Notes under the pieces: model-generated
Seen by the model: the letters and a program-made list of their open reading frames with translations, nothing else
Database searches by the model: none
What the model was told of the DNA's origin: nothing
NCBI GenBank assembly: GCA_041666915.1
Contig: JBAYFZ010000003.1
Location: 22,394-86,393, forward strand
DNA from: Minisyncoccota bacterium
GTDB lineage: Bacteria > Patescibacteriota > Minisyncoccia > Phycocordibacterales > PALSA-1337
DNA: 64,000 bases
Reading direction: 5' to 3'
Program-made: the position numbers and the translations under genes
In this document: in pieces, positions 30,507 through 37,288 of the stretch
Numbering within the stretch: the stretch's first letter is position 1
Layout of the letters: every line of letters starts with the position of its first letter

Positions 30507-31776
30507 TTTGTGTGATTGGTTGAGTCTCGTATTTTAAAATAGTGGCTATTTTACCCCAATGATTATCTCCGAATATTGCTTGTCTTGGATTGTTTTTATT
30601 TGTAATTTCAAAATTGATGTCTTTGACTATATCTACACCACTCTTACCCTCATTGAAATGTTTGAAGCTTATTACTACAGAAATATTGCCAATTTGAAAT
30701 AGGGAACTCGGTATTTCAACTCGAGTTTTATATTTTCCTACTTCATAATCGCGATGTTTTCCATTGGCATCTCCTTCTGTAGATACTAATATCAAATCAC
30801 CATGATAATAGAAGTGAAGTACAATAAGTTTATTTTCTAATTTTTTTCTAACATCTAATTCTATCTCTATAAAAAACTTTTCTCCAACGGGTATTTGAGT
30901 CTGAGATTGATTGTCTTTGTCTAATATAACCACTCTTGTGATCTGTCCCTCGGGATTATTGTTGATAGGATATTCTGTAATAGAATCAAGAGTTCTTTCT
31001 GATTGTAGATAGTAGTTGATAACTTCTGAGGTTTTGCCAAATTTAATAAGCTCACCTTTTTTAAGTAAAACAGTTTTGGTACACAATCTTTCAATCGCAT
31101 CTAAATTATGGCTCACGAAAATGATCGTCCTTCCATCCTGATGCGTTACCTCCTCTATCTTACCCAAACATTTCTTTTGGAATTCGGCGTCACCAACGGC
31201 CAAGACTTCGTCAATGATCAAAATATCTGGTTCCATGTGGGCGGCAACGGAGAAGGCGAGGCGAACGTACATGCCACTGGAGTAATATTTTACGGGTGTA
31301 TCCAAGAATTTTTCAATGCCAGCAAATCCGACGATTTGATCAAATTTCTTGGCTATTTCTTTTTGGGTCATACCTAGAATGGCACCGTTGAGAAAAATAT
31401 TCTCGCGGCCGGTAAGTTCTGGATGGAAACCGGTTCCAACTTCTAGGAGACTACCGACTTTACCACGAAGGATTATTTCTCCTTCGGTTGGTGGGGTGAT
31501 TTGAGAAAGAATTTTCAAAAGAGTTGATTTGCCGGCACCATTTTTACCGATGATACCTATAACCTCGCCTTTATTTACGGTGAAGTTAACATCTTTGAGT
31601 GCCCAGAAATCTTCTTTCTTTTCTAAACCAGCAACTGATTTGGCTTTTGTTTTTAGATAAGAAAGAGGTTGCTTGATTATATTCATCATGACGTCACGCA
31701 AAGCAATATAACCACCACGCTCATGGTTTATCTTATATTTTTTACTTATATTTCTTACTTCAATGATAGGTTCCAT
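30496..31776 (-). CDS. wzt: Polysaccharide ABC exporter ATP-binding subunit with C-terminal Wzt_C domain
   Basis: GKNGAGKST, YSSGM, IIDEVLAVGD, C-terminal extension. Confidence 0.92.
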   Translation of the reverse strand: MEPIIEVRNISKKYKINHERGGYIALRDVMMNIIKQPLSYLKTKAKSVAGLEKKEDFWALKDVNFTVNKGEVIGIIGKNGAGKSTLLKILSQITPPTEGEIILRGKVGSLLEVGTGFHPELTGRENIFLNGAILGMTQKEIAKKFDQIVGFAGIEKFLDTPVKYYSSGMYVRLAFSVAAHMEPDILIIDEVLAVGDAEFQKKCLGKIEEVTHQDGRTIIFVSHNLDAIERLCTKTVLLKKGELIKFGKTSEVINYYLQSERTLDSITEYPINNNPEGQITRVVILDKDNQSQTQIPVGEKFFIEIELDVRKKLENKLIVLHFYYHGDLILVSTEGDANGKHRDYEVGKYKTRVEIPSSLFQIGNISVVISFKHFNEGKSGVDIVKDINFEITNKNNPRQAIFGDNHWGKIATILKYETQPITQNEK

Positions 31777-31784
31777 ATATTTTT

Positions 31785-32615
31785 TTAAACAATATCTGCG
31801 AAATATCTTTCAACTTTCTTGAAAACATAAATTCCTACGAATAAAAGTATTACACAAGCAATGAATGAAATACCCAATAACATCCAGTTGATGGGTGCTG
31901 TACCGAGTAAGGCTGCACGAGCATTTTGGATGACTCCCATCATTGGGTTTAGAGCTAAAATTGTTGAATATTTGCCAGCAATACTAGCGGGGTAAATAAC
32001 TGGCGTTACAAACATAAGAATTTGGATGAAAAAGGGAAGGGCGTATCTAACGTCGCGGTATTTGACGTTGATAGCGGCTAGGAATAGTCCGCCACCAACT
32101 GATGCCATGAAAGTGATAATAAGTAGTAGTGGAACAATGAAAAGACCGGCTAGATGAGGAACGTACCCATAGTAGAACATCAGGCCAATCAATATTACTG
32201 AAGCAATAATAAAATCAACCAGCTTTGTCATAACTGAAGAAATGGGGAGGATGAGTCTTGGAAAATAAACTTTGGTGATGATGGCTTGATTGGTTACTAA
32301 AGTAGTACTTGTTTCGGAAAGAGCACCGGAGAAGAATTGCCAAAATAGAAGTCCGACATAAACGAATATAGGGTAGGGTACTCCGTCAGAAGGGATTTTT
32401 GCTAGTCCACCGAAGAAGACTGAAAAGATAACCATTGTTACGAATGGTTGGAAAATAGCCCAAGCAACACCGATAGCAGTTTGTTTGTATCGGACTTTGA
32501 GATCTCTCCAAGTAAAGAAATAAAGTAATTCACGATACTGCCACAGCTCTTTTAGATCAGAGAAATGGAATAATTTTTTTGGTCTTATGACTGTAATTGA
32601 AGAATTCGTTGTCAT
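31785..32615 (-). CDS. wzm: Polysaccharide ABC exporter permease
   Basis: RDLKVRYKQT..G..W, KVYFPR, TPVIYP; start 32615 or 32633. Confidence 0.92.
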   Translation of the reverse strand: MTTNSSITVIRPKKLFHFSDLKELWQYRELLYFFTWRDLKVRYKQTAIGVAWAIFQPFVTMVIFSVFFGGLAKIPSDGVPYPIFVYVGLLFWQFFSGALSETSTTLVTNQAIITKVYFPRLILPISSVMTKLVDFIIASVILIGLMFYYGYVPHLAGLFIVPLLLIITFMASVGGGLFLAAINVKYRDVRYALPFFIQILMFVTPVIYPASIAGKYSTILALNPMMGVIQNARAALLGTAPINWMLLGISFIACVILLFVGIYVFKKVERYFADIV

Positions 32616-32626
32616 GGTTTTAGATT

Positions 32627-32875
32627 TTACCATTTGTTTATCTTATTAACGACTTTCTTTTTTAGTGAAAGATAAGACTTCACAGCTTCTTGTTCTATTT
32701 CGGGGGAGAGGACACGTAGGATTTCTTTGCCAAGGATGCGGTACTGTCCACCAACTTTATTGGCACGGAGCAAACCTTTTTTTAGAAGGCGTTTGACCGT
32801 ACTTTCACTGATCCTCAAAATGTCTTGAGTCTCAGAGGTTGTATATACACTGTTTGGTTTGATTTCTTCTGCCAT
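32627..32875 (-). CDS. Excisionase/BldC-like small helix-turn-helix protein (HTH_17)
   Basis: YTTSETQDILRISESTVKRLLKKGLLRANKVGGQYRI. Confidence 0.85.
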   Translation of the reverse strand: MAEEIKPNSVYTTSETQDILRISESTVKRLLKKGLLRANKVGGQYRILGKEILRVLSPEIEQEAVKSYLSLKKKVVNKINKW

Positions 32876-32893
32876 AAGGTCATTTTAGCTGAA

Positions 32894-32921
32894 GTGTCAA
32901 ATGGTGTCAAATAGGGTCAAA
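32894..32921. promoter_or_regulatory. Three 10-bp-phased direct repeats G(T/G)GTCAAA upstream of the HTH gene
   Basis: gtgtcaaatg-gtgtcaaata-gggtcaaa at 32894, 32904, 32914. Confidence 0.6.
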
Positions 32922-33111
32922 GACACATCAGAACATTCCTTTTGAAAGCCGAGAATCTGTCTGAGCGCAGTTTTAGTTTCTTAGTAAAATGCGAATGTCC
33001 TTGGAATTACGAGAGGACGATTAGTCCTCCGTAATTCCTGAGCAGTTTACTTAGAAAGTAAACGGAGCGAGTCTCGCAGGCTTTCAAAAGGAATGTTCTG
33101 ACGTGTCTTTG
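32918..33111. repeat. 194-bp rod-like palindromic element (structured ncRNA or MITE-like)
   Basis: 33-bp terminal inverted repeat (32918-32950 vs 33079-33111, 1 mismatch); central hairpin 33003-33038. Confidence 0.75.
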
Positions 33112-33122
33112 GGGGTTCAACA

Positions 33123-33151
33123 TTGAAATCCGTACTGGTATGATGTACGAT
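33123..33151 (+). promoter_or_regulatory. Sigma70-type promoter for the Wzy_C/TPR gene
   Basis: TTGAAA-17 bp-TACGAT. Confidence 0.55.
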
Positions 33152-33187
33152 ACCCTTACTTTTACTAATATCAATTTACTCAAAAAT

Positions 33188-35401
33188 ATGCCCCTCAAGA
33201 AAATAGTTCATGGTATAACGGTCGCTTCTTTATTCCTTTTGCCGCTTTTTGCTCTATTTCCAATACCTCATACTCCGTTTGAAGTATCTAACCTTTTCTT
33301 TTTCCCATTCATTACCGGTAAAGCTTTCTATTTCAGATTGATGGTTGAGGTCGCTTTCGCAGGATGGCTTATCTTAACTTTTATTGATGCAAAATATAGA
33401 CCAAAATTAACACCACTTACTATTGGTGTAACTTTGTTTACCGTTATCGCTTTTCTTGCGGATATTCTCGGGGTCAATCCTCTTCGCAGTCTTTGGTCAA
33501 ACTTTGAACGTATGGAAGGTTGGATAACAATAGTTCATTTGTGGGCATTGTTCATGGTAACTACAAATGTCTTTGGTTCTGGAGAAGAAGGTAAGAGAAT
33601 GTGGCATCGTTGGTTGAATATGTCTCTTGCTGTTGCTTTGGTCACTGCCTTTTATGGATTGGCTCAATATTTTGGTTGGGCAGAGATTCACCAAGGTAGT
33701 ACACGTTTGGACGCTTCTCTTGGTAACTCAGCATATATGGCAGTTTATATGCTGATCCATGCTTTCATCGCTGCTTATATGTATTTTGTTGCTAAGGCAA
33801 AAAAGATTGTCAATGCTGATTTTTTGAAATGGTTTTATCCTATAATTTCTTTATTGTTTGCTTTCCTTGTATTCCAAACACAGACTCGCGGTACTATTCT
33901 AGGACTCATCGGAGGAATTCTCTTGGCTCTTGGTCTATATGCTTTGCTCGCCAAAAATGAATCAAGTAAATCTCGCGGTATTGCGGTAGGAGTTATAGCT
34001 GTCATCATCTTGATCGGTGTTATCTTCTGGACGAATCGCAATTCTTCTTTTGTTCAAAATAGTCAATTGCTCAATCGTATGGCTAGTATTTCTTGGTCAG
34101 AAGCCAAGGGTCAAGCTCGTAATTACATTTGGCCATTAGCTATAAAAGGTGCAATGGAAAGACCAATTCTCGGTTGGGGACAAGAAAACTTCAACTATAT
34201 ATTCAATGCCAATTACAATCCGGCAATGTACACCCAGGAACAATGGTTTGACCGTGCTCACAGTGTGTTCATAGATTGGTTGGTTGCAGGTGGTTTTGTA
34301 GGTGTTATTGCATATCTTGCATTGTATGTACTATTACTTATGGCAGTCTGGAAATCTTCCATGACCATTGCAGAAAAGAGTGTTCTTACAGGACTTACGG
34401 CTGGATATTTTATCCACAATATCTTCGTCTTTGATAACTTGGCTAGTTACGTTCTATTCTTTACTGTTTTAGGTTTTGCCAATTCACAAACTAGAAGTGA
34501 ACATCGTACATTATTTGGTAAAAATACAGTTAGCAAAGATGCTGTTGAATATGTAGTCGCTCCGATAGTTATAGTTTGTCTGGTTGGTGTATTGTATTTC
34601 TTCCAATATCGTTTGGTACAAGCCAATACACGTCTTATTACTGCTCTGGTTTCTTGTTCAGGAAGCGGTCAGCCAGATGCGACTTTGTATGAGAAAGCTT
34701 TGGATGTAAATGTTTACGGTGCCAACCAAGAGATTCGCGAGCAGATACTTAGTTGTGCTGGTAGAGTTATTCCTTCTCAACAACTTGCAGGTCCTATCCG
34801 ACAAGCTTTCTTTTCTACAGCAATGAATGAGATCCAAGCTCAGATAAAAGCTACTCCTAAAGATACTCGTATTTATACTTTAGGTGGTTCATTCTTGAAT
34901 AGTATAGGACAATTCAATGAAGCTTTACCTCTTCTTGAAAAAGCTCATGAATTATCACCAGCAAAGCAATCAATCTCCTTTGAGTTGGCAACTGATTATT
35001 TGAATCTTGAAAAAGCCGATAAAGCTGTCATCTTACTAAAGCAGGTTTATGAAACCACTCCAGATTTTTATCAAGCAAAATCTTCTTATGCTACAGCCTT
35101 GGTTCTTTCTGGAAAAGAGACAGAGGCTAGAAAGATATTTAGCGATGATTTGGGAATCTTCAACACCGCTCAGATGGCAAAGGCTTTTGTGATGCTCAAA
35201 CAATATTCCAAAGCTATTACAATATATAGAGGTTTGATAAAGGCTAATCCAAAAGATGTAGATCTCCGTGCTCAATTGGCCCAGATACAATATATGGCAG
35301 GTCAGATTTATGAAGCAGTTGCAACTTTGCGTGATATAGAAAAGAGTAATCCAGAATTGAAAGCTCAAATTGACGCTACTATAAAGCAGATACAAAAATA
35401 G
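33188..35401 (+). CDS. O-antigen ligase / O-oligosaccharyltransferase-like (Wzy_C) membrane protein with C-terminal TPR repeats
   Basis: ERMEG, LGNS, TQTRG, RPILGWGQENF, DRAHS; helical TPR-like C-terminus; ATG 33188 preferred. Confidence 0.85.
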   Translation: MPLKKIVHGITVASLFLLPLFALFPIPHTPFEVSNLFFFPFITGKAFYFRLMVEVAFAGWLILTFIDAKYRPKLTPLTIGVTLFTVIAFLADILGVNPLRSLWSNFERMEGWITIVHLWALFMVTTNVFGSGEEGKRMWHRWLNMSLAVALVTAFYGLAQYFGWAEIHQGSTRLDASLGNSAYMAVYMLIHAFIAAYMYFVAKAKKIVNADFLKWFYPIISLLFAFLVFQTQTRGTILGLIGGILLALGLYALLAKNESSKSRGIAVGVIAVIILIGVIFWTNRNSSFVQNSQLLNRMASISWSEAKGQARNYIWPLAIKGAMERPILGWGQENFNYIFNANYNPAMYTQEQWFDRAHSVFIDWLVAGGFVGVIAYLALYVLLLMAVWKSSMTIAEKSVLTGLTAGYFIHNIFVFDNLASYVLFFTVLGFANSQTRSEHRTLFGKNTVSKDAVEYVVAPIVIVCLVGVLYFFQYRLVQANTRLITALVSCSGSGQPDATLYEKALDVNVYGANQEIREQILSCAGRVIPSQQLAGPIRQAFFSTAMNEIQAQIKATPKDTRIYTLGGSFLNSIGQFNEALPLLEKAHELSPAKQSISFELATDYLNLEKADKAVILLKQVYETTPDFYQAKSSYATALVLSGKETEARKIFSDDLGIFNTAQMAKAFVMLKQYSKAITIYRGLIKANPKDVDLRAQLAQIQYMAGQIYEAVATLRDIEKSNPELKAQIDATIKQIQK

Positions 35402-35414
35402 GGGAAAAGGGTGC

Positions 35415-35452
35415 CCGCACTTCGAAGTTCCGTCAGGAACGAAGAAGTGGGG
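35415..35452. repeat. GC-rich imperfect hairpin just after the stop codon (REP-like or terminator)
   Basis: cccgcacttc-gaa-gttcc-gtca-ggaac-gaa-gaagtgggg. Confidence 0.5.
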
Positions 35453-35460
35453 ATAACTTG

Positions 35461-35489
35461 TTGAAAACTCTAAAATAGTGTGGTAGTAT
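35461..35489 (+). promoter_or_regulatory. Sigma70-type promoter with extended -10
   Basis: TTGAAA-17 bp-TAGTAT, with TGG directly before the -10. Confidence 0.6.
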
Positions 35490-35493
35490 ACCA

Positions 35494-35563
35494 ATGTGTG
35501 AAGTACGGTGTGAGATCTCCTATATAAATGTTTCGCAAAGTCCCGCCTCGGCGGGCTTTTGCG
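35494..35563 (+). ncRNA. Candidate ~70-nt small RNA
   Basis: Lies between a good promoter and an intrinsic terminator, with no convincing ORF. Confidence 0.35.
35534..35563 (+). terminator. Intrinsic terminator-like hairpin
   Basis: cgcaaagtcccgc-ctcg-gcgggcttttgcg. Confidence 0.65.
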
Positions 35564-35581
35564 TTGTGGAGAGGTGGGGTT

Positions 35582-35621
35582 TTTACGGAAGCGAGGCTTC
35601 CGGAGGTGTAACCTCCGTAAA
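35582..35621. repeat. Tandem REP doublet (GGAAG-N5-CTTCC plus GGAGG-N5-CCTCC)
   Basis: tttacggaagcgaggcttccggaggtgtaacctccgtaaa; same family as the copies around the RAYT gene. Confidence 0.8.
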
Positions 35622-35772
35622 TTTTGCGTTCGCAGTAGCTTTTAAGTTATAATACTTGAGGATTGTACCAAGTGACGGCGACGGTTGTACTCACATAATT
35701 CTAAACATTTTATTTGGAGCTCGCACCCGTCGCCATCATTGGGCGCAAAATTAGTGCACAACTTAAATATTC

Positions 35773-36822
35773 ATGACTATTCAGGAAAACATTCCGCTTG
35801 CACAGTATACAACGTTCAAAATTGGCGGATTAGCTAGATATTTTTGTGTGGTTACAAATGAGACAGAACTTATTGAAGCTGTAAAATTTGCTAAAAGTAA
35901 AAAGTTGCACGTATTTATTTTGGGTGGAGGTTCAAATTTGTTGATTTCAGATGAAGGTTTTCGTGGTTTGGTTATAAAGATAGAAAATCGTGGCATTTCT
36001 TACGTAAATAATATGGTTACAGCATTTGCTGGTGAGATCTGGGATGAATTTGTTGCAAATACAGTCAGTCGTGGTTTTGGCGGTTTAGAAAATCTTTCTG
36101 CTATCCCTGGGACTGTAGGTGCTACCGCTGTACAAAATATTGGAGCTTATGGCTCGGATGTTTCCAGTGTTATTGAATCGGTTAGGGTTTTTGATACTAG
36201 TAATTTGGAATTTGTAGTTTTTTCAAATTCTGATTGCGGTTTTGATTATAGAGATAGTATATTCAAACATCAGAAAGGTCGCTTCATCGTAGTTAGTGTT
36301 ACTTTCAAACTTGAAAAGAATAAGAAAGTAGATATTGGCTACAAGGATTTGGCGGAATATTTTTCTAAAAAAGGCTTTGGTGTAGATAGTTCCGATGTGG
36401 GCAACTCTGGTGCGGATGAAAAAATCCCTTCAATTTTAGAAGTTCGTAATGCGGTTATTGAAATACGTGGTAATAAATTGCCTGATTGGAAAATGTGGGG
36501 GACAGCAGGTTCATTTTTCAAAAATCCGATAATTAAAACTAAACAATATGACGATTTGAAAAAGAAATTTCCAGATTTGCCAGGTTTTGTAGAACCAAAT
36601 GGAATGATTAAGATCCCTCTTGGTTGGATTTTGGATAAGATATGTAATTTTAAGGGACAATTTTTTGGTCACGTTGGTGTCTATGAAAAACAAGCTTTGG
36701 TTATTGTGACCAGGCCTGGTGCAAGTTCTACTGAAGTCGTAGAACTTACTAAAAAAATGCAAGATAAAGTCAAAGAAAAAACTGGTTTGATAATAGAAGC
36801 AGAGGTTGAGTGGGTCAATTGA
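35773..36822 (+). CDS. murB: UDP-N-acetylenolpyruvoylglucosamine reductase
   Basis: TTFKIGG, LGGGSNLL, IPGTVGA..QNIGAYG, FDYRDS.FK, AGSFFKNP, EVE. Confidence 0.95.
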   Translation: MTIQENIPLAQYTTFKIGGLARYFCVVTNETELIEAVKFAKSKKLHVFILGGGSNLLISDEGFRGLVIKIENRGISYVNNMVTAFAGEIWDEFVANTVSRGFGGLENLSAIPGTVGATAVQNIGAYGSDVSSVIESVRVFDTSNLEFVVFSNSDCGFDYRDSIFKHQKGRFIVVSVTFKLEKNKKVDIGYKDLAEYFSKKGFGVDSSDVGNSGADEKIPSILEVRNAVIEIRGNKLPDWKMWGTAGSFFKNPIIKTKQYDDLKKKFPDLPGFVEPNGMIKIPLGWILDKICNFKGQFFGHVGVYEKQALVIVTRPGASSTEVVELTKKMQDKVKEKTGLIIEAEVEWVN

Positions 36823-36824
36823 TT

Positions 36825-37213
36825 TTGTGTCATTCCCGCGAAGGCGGGAATCCAGGATATTACCAAAACATAACGAATAATATGAATAAGGTATATTATG
36901 TTTATATATTAACAAATGATAAGAATGGTACTTTATATATAGGTGTTACTAATGATCTTAGAAGAAGATTGCATGAACACAAGAATAACCTAGTAAAAGG
37001 ATTTACAGAGAAATATAGTATTCACAAATTAGTTTGGTACGAGTGTACTAATAGTATTGATTCTGCAATACAAAGAGAGAAACAGCTTAAAAAGTGGAAT
37101 CGTAGATGGAAGATTAGATTGATTGAAGAAACTAATCCAATTTGGAAAGATTTATCCAGTAATGATCTATAGTGGTAATATCCTGGATTCCCGCCTTCGC
37201 GGGAATGACACAA
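36825..37213. mobile_element. GIY-YIG nuclease cassette bounded by perfect 41-bp inverted repeats
   Basis: ttgtgtcattcccgcgaaggcgggaatccaggatattacca (36825-36865) and its exact reverse complement (37173-37213). Confidence 0.7.
36882..37172 (+). CDS. Small GIY-YIG nuclease family protein
   Basis: YYVYIL...TLYIGVTNDLRRRL.EH, AIQREKQLKKWNRRWK..LIE..NP.W.DL; real ATG at 36882. Confidence 0.92.
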   Translation: MNKVYYVYILTNDKNGTLYIGVTNDLRRRLHEHKNNLVKGFTEKYSIHKLVWYECTNSIDSAIQREKQLKKWNRRWKIRLIEETNPIWKDLSSNDL

Positions 37214-37288
37214 GAGGCAGTAATGTAACAAAAAGAAAGCACACAAGGCTCGCCTCACCTCAATAAATGTGATAAAGTGGCTCTACGC

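Noticed and set aside
35410-35455. SRP RNA or tRNA-like structure
   Set aside because: It lacks the SRP domain IV consensus and a cloverleaf/T-loop; it is only a simple hairpin.
36810-36881. N-terminal extension LCHSREGGNPGYY on the GIY-YIG ORF, and ORFs 37022-37258 and 36511-36915
   Set aside because: These are translations of the inverted repeat; the real start is ATG 36882.
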